A stretch of 63,992 bases of DNA, counting the filler, from Dimargaris cristalligena (Eukaryota): the NCBI GenBank assembly GCA_003614675.1. It is 6 parts of 6 records of this genome, joined end to end, with 100 filler letters (N's around TTAATTAATTAA, not from the genome) between each part and the next. Parts side by side here need not be neighbours in the genome. Positions count along the whole stretch, not along the records: positions 43,350 to 54,071 come from ML003160.1; positions 54,172 to 63,992 come from ML003227.1; 4 more parts are not named here. One strand, written 5' to 3'. Position 1 is the stretch's first letter. The number at the start of each line of letters is the position of its first letter. Below are positions 48,135 through 63,992 of this stretch, in pieces. Below the pieces are notes generated by a model. It did no database searches and was not told where the DNA came from. It saw only the letters and a list, made by a program, of their open reading frames with translations. A program made the position numbers and the translations under genes.

Positions 48135-49739
48135 TCATCAACAATGGCATTTATAATCACAAGCATTTGTTTGGATGTACCTAAATCATGCCAATATGTG
48201 TACCTCTCTTACTCGGACGGATACTATTTCAATACCACATACGGCTACTCCGCTATCCAACACCAGAACTACCCTGGTTAAATAGTCGTGCATGACTGCT
48301 TAGTAGGCCTTAGGTATTCATCTTACAGCCTCGCTTTAACAAGGACAGGCCATGTCGTATATTATTTTTCGGCCTTTCCGGAAATATTCACTCTATTATT
48401 CCCAGCCCATCACTGAATGTCACGAATTGGTGTGACCCAATGTTGAATAAATATTAGCCATTGACAGCAAAGTCCAATACTATATTCGTGCACTGCTGTG
48501 CCCGTATCAGTCATCCTTGCCGGGTCAACTGTCGCTAAGCCCGTTTTGGTTTTAGTGGGCGGCATTTATATTCCCGCTCCATCTTACCCTGGTCGGAGAA
48601 GGCTGAATCGGGATTAGTGGGAGAGAGTCGGGATGGAGGGGGGGGATAAAGGATTAGCCCCCTGTTGACTATCTAAGGGGGGTTTGTATATGTTTAAGCA
48701 ATTATTTTTGTGTCCAACAGTAGCCAAACTCCACTCATCCACCACCCAGAATGGTAGGTACTATAATCCTCCTTATTTTGTTTACCGACTATGCCTAGTG
48801 CGGGTCGCACTGGAAGGAAGGGGTGTCGGAAGGCAAGGGTATGGCATCAAACGCCTGCTTTCGATTAGGTGATGGCCGTTCCCCAAGGGTAAGTCTGACC
48901 ACGGCCATCATGGAGTCGATCTAGCGTCTCTAGCCTGGTTGAAGATCCGGTTATTCTTGCTCACATTGCACTCTCTGCTGAAGGTTGTTTTTGGTTAGTC
49001 CCATTTGCCTCCCCATAGTCCACTATCTGCACCAAACTGCTGGTATCCCCGCTGTCAGTTTATGGGTGTACTCAGCACAGCCATGACTTCTCCTACTGGT
49101 TTATTTCATTTTTCTTTATATATATATATATATATATGTGTGTAAATATTTATGGTTATTGCAGTGGCATCCTCACTAAATTCATCTCTGGCTGCTCCGC
49201 ACCCGTGATTTGCCATTGAAGACCCATTGTTTGGACAGGTTTGGAAAGGGCGGCAAAGAGTATTGTTCACAGAATTTGGTGAGGAAGGGGTATGTGAGTG
49301 TATACGAATGTGTAATGGGAGTGCTAAATGGAGACGGGGAAGGGGAAGACCGGAGGATCCGAGATGCGGCGATGATTCAAGTAGATGAACATACCAAGAA
49401 ATAGATACATGGTAAGGTGAGGTGAGGAGGTATAAAACCAACCAGCGGTCTACTGCTTCTTCCTCAACCCCTATCATCAACCCTTCCCTTATTTTACAGC
49501 CCCTGGTCCCACCTATGGTTTATAGTTAATCAAACTCTTTTGTCTGTGGTTATATCTAGTTGATTATCCGTACAATGCTAATTCTAATCGGTGCCCAATC
49601 CTTTTTCTGATGCATCTGCCTCGTAAAAGCTACCAGCGCCCACCTGTTAACAGATAAATATCATTTAATAATTACCTATTAATTTCTGGTATTCGTGCAC
49701 CTCCTTGCCAAAAAAAAAAACTCCTCCAGCCAACGCACC

Positions 49740-50363
49740 ATGCTTCCAAACCGCACCAATGCAGTTTACTGCGAGGAAGGACAATGCCAGCGACCGGCTT
49801 TATTGCCCCAGCTAAACCACCCTCTCACAGTATCCCCCGCCATCTCGCGGTCACCACCAACTCCCATCAACTCACCCAGCCTGCACCACCAGCTACCCCA
49901 CTTCCTCAAGGACTACATCCCTCACCTGGTTGACCACCGCCACCACCCGGTACCCCCTCACCGCTGGCGGGGCAAGCTAATTGGCCTGTTCTTTTCGGCC
50001 AGCTGGTGCGTTCCCTGCCAGTACTTCGCCCCCGTTCTAAGCCGCTTTATAGAGAAGCACGAAGCGGACCTGGTGCTCATTCTGGTGAGCATGGACCGAC
50101 AGCCCGAGGCCATGAAGCAGTACTTGCGGCAATACCCGCGGTGGCTCGCCATTCCGTTCAAGCACCAAGCGACGTACATGCAACTGGCGGACCGGCTCGA
50201 CATTCAAATCCTACCAACTCTGGTCATCTGCGAGCCCGACAGTGGGCGACCCCTGTCGGCCTGGGGAGTGGATGCCATCCACAAGAACCCCACCCGATGC
50301 ATCGCGGAATGGAAACGGGGTAAAACGGGAATGAGCTGGTGGCACTGGATCAAGTGCTGGTAA
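49740..50363 (+). CDS. Nucleoredoxin/tryparedoxin-like thioredoxin-fold protein (207 aa)
   Basis: GKLIGLFFSASWCVPCQYFAPVL, LILVSMDR, WLAIPF and IQILPTLVI are Thioredoxin_8-type (nucleoredoxin) motifs with a CxxC active site. Confidence 0.87.
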   Translation: MLPNRTNAVYCEEGQCQRPALLPQLNHPLTVSPAISRSPPTPINSPSLHHQLPHFLKDYIPHLVDHRHHPVPPHRWRGKLIGLFFSASWCVPCQYFAPVLSRFIEKHEADLVLILVSMDRQPEAMKQYLRQYPRWLAIPFKHQATYMQLADRLDIQILPTLVICEPDSGRPLSAWGVDAIHKNPTRCIAEWKRGKTGMSWWHWIKCW

Positions 50364-52253
50364 CGCGAGGTGTTGCGGATGTTTTAATATATAGGCATAA
50401 TAATGGTGCGGTTATATTACATGGCCACTTCAGTCCTTCGCCGCATTCCCCAATCTATAAAATGTCTAATTATATTCTACCAACCCCCCTATTCTTCGTT
50501 ATTTTTATCGAGGTGTATTTTTATGATCAATGTTATATATATTTAATCTCCCACAATTTCATTTATAAATCCAGCCCCCACTGACTTCTACCCCACAAGT
50601 ACAGCCGGGGGCACTGAACCGTTATTGTCCGGTTATTTTGGCCCGGCAGCGGGAGTATCCTACTGTGTTGATGTGCGTGTGTATGAGTGGGTGGGTAAGT
50701 GCTTTGAAAATATAGCGGGGACCGTATATATATTACCAACTCAGCCTAGCCGAGCCAATGGTCCCCATTAAGGCCAGGCTGAACGGGCCGAAGCCCTCTG
50801 TTCCTGGCTGGGATGGCGCATCGATGGGCGGAATGCTCACCCTCGGCTTTTTTCACTCGCTTGTCCTGATGGCGGCCATACCCCCGGCACAGGGGTCATG
50901 TGATTGAAGGGAACCGCGGAATGTAGTGAAAAAAGGGGGTTTGTTTACATTTCATTATTTCCCTAGCCGACGGTGCGTGTCGGGAGGAGGGAGTGTGATT
51001 GCCGAAGATGCTACGGCCAGTCCTTATCGTCCGCTAATGAACGAGGTAGCCGGGGCCGAGCCGAGCCCCCTTAGGTAGGGGCAGACTCCCCGATCTAGGG
51101 AACGCGCGTCTGTATCGCCTTTGGCTGCACCGGAACGCGTTGAATAGGAAGAGGGGAGCGAATCACCTCCGATTACTTTGTTTACCTTTAGGCCCTCGTC
51201 ACACATTCTCGTTCACCCCGATTCACAACGAAGAGCGCGCGAACCTATAAACACAGCCTCCCCCGCCCTCCACACCCCCTTTCTGTGGTCCATTAGGTGT
51301 TGTCATTCACGTCAACCTCAGTCTCTATCGTTCGTTTTTTGTTTAAACTAATGTTGCTTTATAAATGTTTTAATTGGCCTCAGTCTGGTGTTGTTAACGT
51401 TCCCTTCCTGACTCATTCCCCGGCCCACTACTAATAGTACCATCCCTTTATGTTATTTTAAGCCTTCATCTGCACCTCCTACATTTGCAGCCTTCCCTAC
51501 CTTTGCCTTGTTCCCCCTGCCTTGCCATTCCAAGCCGCGTTGTCCACCTTCCCTCGTTCTACTCAGCCGGAAAGCGTTTGCCTCCGACACGTTCCGTCCT
51601 CCTGTTCCGTGGCTTGCTGGGTCCCGTCGTTTCCGTTTTTTAAGAACCCCGTCCGTCTCCCGTTGACACACCAATTGTTGTGCTGGGCAAGTGGTACATG
51701 CCTTTCTCTCTCTCTCTTGGCCAGTCTTAGCTGCAGATTTCCAAGATCTTTTACCCATTGGTACAGTCAGCTTCCTTCAGTAGGAGCCAGTGTGGACGCA
51801 TCCGAAACGCCACCATATTCCTCTCCTGGCGGCATACTTTGACCAGCCTTTCCGCCTCCTCTAAGTCTTGCATTGCGGAGTCCCAATCCAACCTGAGCCA
51901 AACGCCTAGTCAAGCGAGTTGACGAAGGCCCTGGCCCTTTCCCACCTCTCCTTCACTCTCCCCGTTTATTTTATTTTATAACAGCATTGATATCTTGCTC
52001 CATTATCCGTATTCCTCTTCTACTCTTTCCCATGCGATCTACTTGCTCGTTTTGGTTGAACAGACCGCCCTAGTTAATTCCCGTCTATTCTCTCACATAT
52101 CCTCACAGCATCCCGCTGCTTTATCTCCATCCCCTTCACGTGTCCACCGCGCCCCTTATTCCTCTTTTTTCCCGCTCGCCTTATTGATTGATTCGTGATC
52201 CTTTTTCCTGATACCCACTTCCCAAAGCCCTCTCTTCCCACCTTCACAGTCCC

Positions 52254-54071
52254 ATGGACAATCCCGATCGCGCCCGGCGCCCCAGCATAGTCTCCCGCAC
52301 CATTTCGACTCTCAGTCGAAACCGGACCCGTAGTATATCGGCTGGCCAAACCAAGTCGACGCTCAAGGGTGCCAGCGCCCGAGACACCTACGAACCTGCC
52401 GCCGCCGCCGGAGGCTACGAACCCCGTTCCCGCCCCGCTCCTTACGGCACCGGTTTATCCACCCGCGAGAACCCGGGTCTCTCCGCTCCCAAGGGTCGGT
52501 CCCTTTTGAACCGTCCGCGCAATCTCTCCGTGCACCGGGAGCCACCCCCGCTGCCCCCGTCCGATGTCAACGGCAAACGACCGGCCTCCCGCAAGGCTTC
52601 CGTCTCACAGACCACTCGTCCGAAGCCCCCCGGCTCCTATTTACTGACCAAGAGCAGCCGTAACCCGTCCAGTTCGTCCCAGGCCGGCCCATCGACTCCT
52701 GCTTCCCCCCTGAAGCCGAGACCGGCGGTTTCCGTTCTCCACGCCCCAGCCCAGGCCTCGACGTCAGCCTTGCCTTCCCCTCGCATCGTTCCCAACGCCC
52801 CTACCTCCGACGACTTGGCCCACTGGCAAGAGCAAACTGACTTTTTGCGCCGAGAGCTTTATGTAGCTGAACGGGCCTACGGCCAACTCCGCCACCAAGG
52901 TAGCGAGGCGGTGCAGCTGGGCCAGGCTCTGGCCAATGAAAATTCGGAACTCCGCCGGCAATTGGCTGAAGCACAGTCTCCACTACCGTCAAGTGCCCTA
53001 GACCTGGGGGCTGTTCAGGCTATTCTACAGGAGTTCCATACCACCTTTGATACCTCCGACGAAGTGGACCCCCTTGAAATGCTGCCGCCCGACTTTGGGC
53101 CCGACAGTCCCGGTTTGCCCTCGGCAGCCCTTCCCCACGCCTCTATGGTCGACAAGGCCCTGTCCCCGCGGGTCGAGGAGCCGGCCCGTATTGCCCTCGG
53201 AATCTCTGGTATGCCCCTTCGTCCACGGGCTGGCTCTAACCGCTCTATGCTGCCGGTCCCAATACACCGCACCCCATCCCTACGGACCGCGGCCCTGGGT
53301 GTTGCTCCCCCTGCTAAGAGCGCTGCTTCGACTGGTATCACTGCCCAGTCCATCCCAGCGGGCCTCCAGGCCAAACCCGCCATGGTAACCATGGCGACCC
53401 AGACTGAAACGTACGAACTGTGCCACCCCGACACCATCTTTAACCTGGAAGTGGACAACGATTACTACCGCGAGTCCAACCGCCAGCTGCGGTGTCGCCT
53501 CACTAACATCATTTCGAAGCATAATGCTCTGGTGGAACTGATCCTCCAGGAAAAGGAGCGCCGTCAGCGGCGGCGGGAGCGGGACAGCCGTAAGGGCCAA
53601 CCCGCCTCCGTCGCCTCTACGACTAACCCTTCCAACCATACCTCGGCGATTACCGGATCTCAACCTAGCAGTGGCCTGCTGCCCAGTGTATTCGATTTCA
53701 CCCGACGACCTTCGTCCCCCCTCAGCAAACCCCTTCCCGACCGCAACAGCTTGTCGGGCCTGAACACCATGGTCGCTGAGATTGAATACGGTATGCAGCG
53801 TCTGGTTCTCAAGATGGCCGACTCCCCCGTGCACAGCAGTCACCCCCCACCCCCACCTTACCATCAAATGGGCACCCAGTCACCCCGCGATGTGAAAGGC
53901 TCCAGCCCTCTGCGAACCCATCATCATAATCAACAACAACAACAGCAACATCATCCACGGTTCGTTCCATTAGAAACTAGCCCACTGGGTAACGCGAAAA
54001 CCCTGCGCGCCGACGAGATTTACGGTCATTCCTTCACGGACGACTACACGTCCACTTCCAAACAGCAGAAT
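52254..54071 (+). CDS. Hypothetical S/P-rich low-complexity protein with two predicted coiled-coil segments (3' truncated)
   Basis: >600-codon ATG-initiated ORF with GC-rich codon usage like the neighbouring genes; heptad-like WQEQTDFLRRELYVAERAY...LANENSELRRQLAEA and YYRESNRQLRCRLTNIISKHNALVELILQEKERRQRR. No family recognised. Confidence 0.7.
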
Positions 54072-54171
54072 NNNNNNNNNNNNNNNNNNNNNNNNNNNNN
54101 NNNNNNNNNNNNNNNTTAATTAATTAANNNNNNNNNNNNNNNNNNNNNNNNNNNNNNNNNNNNNNNNNNNN
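54072..54171. other. Artificial contig-joining spacer; mitochondrial contig follows
   Basis: 44 N + TTAATTAATTAA + 44 N; abrupt switch to very AT-rich sequence afterwards. Confidence 0.98.
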
Positions 54172-54203
54172 AAATGGCATCCCTGGAGAAATGGTAGCGG
54201 GAA

Positions 54204-59597
<5,394 letters not shown>

Positions 59598-59600
59598 TTT

Positions 59601-59610
59601 CCCCCCCTCT
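59601..59610 (+). promoter_or_regulatory. C-rich motif immediately 3' of cox1 (candidate mRNA 3'-processing signal)
   Basis: CCCCCCCTCT 4 nt after the stop codon in AT-rich context; a similar motif follows atp6. Confidence 0.55.
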
Positions 59611-59854
59611 TTTATTTATTAATTTCCTTTTTTACATCGAAGATATTTATTAAAAAAAAAAGTGAAATTCATTTATTTAATATTGTTAAAAGTTTTTTTG
59701 AAAATATTTTACTTATGATTTTATTAATGAAATTGATTCCTTTATAATCAAAGTAATAATAATTATTTAGATTATAATTATTTTTATTATTATTATCATT
59801 TATTTATTAATTTTTTATAAAAAGTTCTATTATTATTTACACACATTTTTCGAA

Positions 59855-60300
59855 TATGAAAATAAAAAATTAATATTAAAAAAAAAAAAATAAAGGTAAA
59901 ATTGGTATCTATAAATTTGTTCTTAAAACTAATTTTATTAAATTTTATATTAGTTTTAGTATTAATTAATTACGAAGAATTAGTATTTATTTTTTATTAT
60001 TTAAAAGATAAAATTATAAATTTATTTCTTTATTTTACTTAATTGTAAAAAAATATAATTTAGAAAATTTTAATCTTAAAATTTTAAAATATTGTAATAA
60101 GAATAAAAACACTGATTAATATTAGTGTTTCCTTAAATTTTTTGAGATCAACATTAGAATGATATTTTTTACTAAAATTGGAACTTGTTCTTTTTAAAAG
60201 TATAAACATATTGAAAAACATAAAATTCTTTTAAGTAAAGCTTAATCTAATAAGAATAATTTTATGTTTAGTAAAAAAAAAATCATTTAGCATTACATTG
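59855..60300 (+). pseudogene. Free-standing, heavily decayed GIY-YIG ORF between cox1 and atp6
   Basis: KNKGKIGIYKFVLKTNFIKFYISFSIN*LRRI (GIY at 59904), later KKYNLENFNLKILKYC and KYKHIEKHKILLSKA*SNKNNFMFSKK; stops and frameshifts. Confidence 0.65.
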
Positions 60301-60932
60301 AAGGGTTAAATTATCTATTAGGTAAATTTTAAAAATAAAAGAGGATTTAAAAAAAAAGTTTAATTATATGATATAAATACTAAATAAATTATTGATATTT
60401 TTCTTTTTATTTATGTTATAATAAATTTTTTTTTTATCCGATCGTCGAATTATTAATTATCATTGGCAAGAACTAGTTTGTCTTTTTAAATTAATATATT
60501 TTTTTCTTTTCTGAATTTTTTTTTTAATAATATTAATTTTATTGCTTTTAAAATATAAAAATTTATTGATTAATTTATATATAAAAAGTTTATATTTATA
60601 AAGAAATTTCTTTTATTATTCTTATAAATTTATTATGTAAGTTTTATAATAGTTTATAAAAAAATTTTTTTATAAAAAAAAAATTTTTTATTATTTTTTT
60701 TTAAGATTATAATTAATTATTTTATTATAATTTTTAAACAGTGCTTTAACGTTGTCTTTTAAATTTATATAAATTTTTCAAAATTTATTTAATAAGTTTT
60801 TAAAATATAATTAAATTTTTTAAATATATATATTGTTATATTTATAATTTATTTAAAGAATATTGAAAAAAAAATATTTATATAAAAAAACATATATTTT
60901 TTTTAGAAAAAAATAAATAATAAAAATTTTTT

Positions 60933-63880
60933 ATGCAAATAATTACTATAAAAAATCCTTTAGAACAATTTGAAATTTTAGATTTATTTTCTATTTCAAC
61001 TTCATTATTAGGTTATCGATTTGTTTTAACAAATCTTGGTTTATATATTATAATAATAACAGTTTTAAGCTGTTGTATAAGTATTTGGATAACTAGTGAA
61101 AATAATAAATTATTATTACATAGTTATGGTTCATTAATTCAAGAATCTATATATGCAACTATTTTACAAATGGTAAAAAATCAAATAGGATCTTCTAATG
61201 AAAAATATTTACCTTTAATTTTTACATTATTTATTTTTATTTTATTTAATAATCTTACTGGTATGATTCCATACAGTTTTACGCCAACTTCTCATCTCGA
61301 ATTTTTATTAATTTTATTTATAACTCCAATTTTAAGAAATTATTCAAATAATTCTTCAGTAGATAATAATAATATTTATTCAATAAAGTATTATGAAAAT
61401 GTAGATATAATGAAATTAAATATTAAAAAAAATACAAATAAAGCTGATATTTACCGATGAACTAACAAAATTAATGGTTAAATTTATATTGATAGGTTTG
61501 TAAATTTTTTAAAAAGGTTATCTGATTATAACAATATTTTGTATCTAATTTAAATTAATACGTTCATTGCTAGAGCTTTTTTGAAGTATAGATATTCGAA
61601 TTCCTTCTTTAGAATTATTAGAATATTGTGATAAAAAGAATGTGATTTCAAGAGAACAATATTATTTTAATTTATTACAACTAAAATTAAAAAAATAATA
61701 TTTTATTTCTTTAAAATAATGCTAAAATATTATTTCGAATATTAATCCAACTGTAAGTTTAAATTTAGGGAGACCCATTTTAGCTGAAATTAGAGAAAAA
61801 TTAACTACGATTAAAAAAGGAAAGTTAAATCCTAGATAGGAATATTCACCTACGGTGGCAGAAAGATAAGTAGCTAGGATTAAGTTCATAATTAATAATC
61901 TGATGATAGATATGAGTACTCCTATCAATGAATGGCTGAAGGATAAAATTATTTTAATTGCTTCTTATCATTTTATTTACCAAGTTGTTAAGGAATTGAA
62001 GGCAGATAAATGAATTATTATAAAATATGTGGATTCGGATAAGCTTTATAGGAAGAGATATTATTTAATTTTTACTGAAGAATTTAAAGAATAATTAATC
62101 TTGAAACAACCTACGGTTGTGAATAAATACGGGATTGAAATTATTATAAAGTAATTTTTTTTCATTTACTATATGCTGAAAAGTTAATTCTAAATGAGTT
62201 ATTCTAATTAGCAGGTTATTTTTAAATGACCTTAACGATCATACGTAAATATCAAACACTTTTGGTAAACGATAAAGATATGATCTTCTTTTATATAAAA
62301 TATAAAAAATATATCAATTAATTATTTAATCTTTTTTTATTCTTTTCTTTAAAAGAATTTTAATATAAATTTATTTGAGAGTATTAATAGAGATAATAAT
62401 TTTATTTTTAATTATAATATTATTAAAAGTGTTATTCAAATATTTTCTTTTCCATATGAAAATTAATTAAAAATTTATTTAAATTTTTAAAATAAATCTT
62501 TTGTTTATTGTTAGTTTAATATTACTATTGAAGATTTTTATATCGAAAATACAAATTTTAATAAAATTAGATTTCAAACTTATCTTTCTCTTGGTTGAAT
62601 AAATTATGCTATAAAAAATCCTTAATTAGATTTATAGAGTCTCAATATGTGGCTTATTAGAGTCGTTTATTAAATATAGATATAATTTATTTGTTGTAAT
62701 TATTTTTTAATTTTTGGATAATAATTAATTTTAAGAAGAATTAATAAAAAAAGAACAGTATTATTTAGATTTTTATTTATTTACTTATAATTTATTTATT
62801 ACAGTTTATATAACAATTGCTAAGGGAATTATTCTTTCTTTTTAATATAGGACTAAAATTAGCAATTCTTTAAAAGGATGAAAAACATCTCCGAAGGAGA
62901 TTCTCGATTAAGAATTGTTTTCAAGACCCCCTTGGGGGGAATTTTTATAAATCCATGATATGATTATATTTTTTTTAATTTTGAGAAAAAAGCAATTTAT
63001 ATTAGAATGTTGAATGATAATTTTATACTTAGAATTGGAATATCTGTTTTTGTTTGGTTAGAGGATTAAATAATTCCTTTTTAAAGTAGTTTTTATAAAT
63101 TTATTAATCATGTAGCTTAATTTATGTTTGCAGATAAATGAGCTATAAGTAAATATTTAGATTCTGATAAATTATATAGAAAAATATATTATTTAATATT
63201 TATTAAATAATTTTATATTTTTTATATTTTTTTATATTTTTTTTTATTTATGCGTATTAACTTTAAGTTTAAGTATAGCTGTTTTTATAGGAGTAACTAT
63301 TATTGGTTTAAAAATTCATAAATTAACTTTTTTTAGTCTTTTTATACCTACAGGTACACCTTTAGGTTTAATTCCTCTTTTAGTTGCTATAGAAACAATA
63401 TCTTATACAGCTCGAGCTATTTCATTAGGGCTTCGATTGGGGTGTAATATTATTGCAGGTTGAATTGGCCTGTTTATATCACTATATGCAGAAAATATTT
63501 CTTTTACATTTATATAATAAATTTTTATTATCTGCAAGAAAAAAAAATTATTTTCTACTTCAGAGACTTTACGTGATATACTCTTTTAAATTATTTTTAT
63601 TATAGTTAATGATAATAGCTGTAGTTATTTTTAAAAAGAGATAAATATAAAGTTCAATTAAATCTTTACAGGGTTTTGATTGCATACATTACTTAAGATT
63701 TTATCTGGGTTTATTTATAAATTTATGGTTAAATCTCCAATTTTCTTTATCATTAGTTTAATTCCTATGTTACTTTTTACTGCTATTATAGGTCTTGAAT
63801 TAGCTGTAGCATTTATACAGGCTATAGTATTTGTTATTTTAACATCTTCTTATATTAGAGATTCTATTTATTTACATTAG
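60933..63880 (+). CDS. atp6: Mitochondrial ATP synthase subunit a, 256 aa (exons 60933-61297, 63253-63460, 63683-63880)
   Basis: NPLEQFEI...NLTGMIPYSFTPTSHL|VLTLSLSIAVFIGVTIIG...IETISYTARAISLGLRLGCNIIAG|HTLLKIL...LELAVAFIQAIVFVILTSSYIRDSIYLH*. Exon lengths sum to 771 nt. Confidence 0.96.
61298..62095 (+). pseudogene. Decayed GIY-YIG ORF in frame with atp6 exon 1
   Basis: IKYYENVDIMKLNIKKNTNKADIYR(TGA)TNKING*IYID...ARAFLKYRYSN...LLEYCDKKNVISREQYYFNLL; catalytic motifs eroded, stops and frameshifts. Confidence 0.8.
61298..63252 (+). mobile_element. Group I intron atp6-i1 carrying two decayed GIY-YIG-type ORFs
   Basis: Splits CT|C (Leu) with U/G boundaries. Core at ~62165-62290 (TACTATATGCTGAAAA, TAGCAGG, GATCATACG, AAGATATGATC). 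IGS AATACG-GGAT at 62126-62135 pairs with the 3' exon CGTATT and the 5' exon ATCT. Confidence 0.87.
63461..63682 (+). mobile_element. ORF-less 222-nt group I intron atp6-i2
   Basis: Between GCA GGT and CAT ACA. P1 GCAGGT/GCCTGT with U-G pair; core ATCACTATATGCAGAAAA, TCTGCA, CAGAGACTTTACGTGAT, TATAAAGTTC; terminal G at 63682. Confidence 0.88.
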
Positions 63881-63905
63881 AAACTTTATATTTTTATACT
63901 TAATA

Positions 63906-63929
63906 CCCCCCTTCCCCTTCTTTCCTCCC
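63906..63929 (+). promoter_or_regulatory. C-rich motif 3' of atp6 (candidate mRNA 3'-processing signal)
   Basis: CCCCCCTTCCCCTTCTTTCCTCCC about 25 nt after the TAG. Confidence 0.55.
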
Positions 63930-63992
63930 TAATATACTTTTTTAAATAAATAAAAATTTTATAAGATATTAAATTATTTTATAAATATAAAT

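Noticed and set aside
49740..50363. Possible selenoprotein (thioredoxin fold in an early-diverging fungus)
   Set aside because: Both active-site residues are TGC Cys codons; no in-frame TGA and the stop is TAA.
10744..54171. Regularly spaced TTAATTAATTAA palindromes and ORFs ending in X...LIN
   Set aside because: Synthetic six-frame stop linker inside N padding; not biological.

Overview
This window is not one locus. It is six unrelated contigs (the first five ~10.7 kb, in descending length order) joined by artificial 100-bp spacers (44 N + TTAATTAATTAA + 44 N) at 10744-10843, 21585-21684, 32419-32518, 43250-43349 and 54072-54171. Contigs 1-5 are nuclear DNA of an intron-containing fungus. 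An early-diverging lineage (Zoopagomycota/Mucoromycota-like) is inferred from gene content and mitochondrial codon use; the species cannot be determined here. Contig 1: tRNA-Arg(ACG), NDUFA2, NAA38/MAK31, a Pcl1/2-type Pho85 cyclin and a TIR-bounded element. Contig 2: 5' part of UPF1, NAA15/NAT1, SEY1 and the 5' part of INTS11/CPSF3L. Contig 3: 3' part of VPS51, a SWIM-RING gene and an Sso1-like syntaxin. Contig 4: two tandem AA11-type LPMO paralogues. Contig 5: a CpG-free relic, an orphan secreted protein, a nucleoredoxin-like protein and a truncated low-complexity coiled-coil protein. Contig 6 is mitochondrial: the 3' part of cox1 with three group I introns and complete atp6 with two, carrying intact and decayed LAGLIDADG/GIY-YIG homing endonuclease genes. 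I cannot demonstrate a wholly new multi-gene system. The best leads are a fungal Integrator endonuclease (INTS11), the LPMO duplication with a His-rich tail that may come from a frameshift, a ~970-bp CpG-free tract, TGA at Trp positions only in intron ORFs, a doubly invaded atp6 intron, and a candidate hAT-like MITE.
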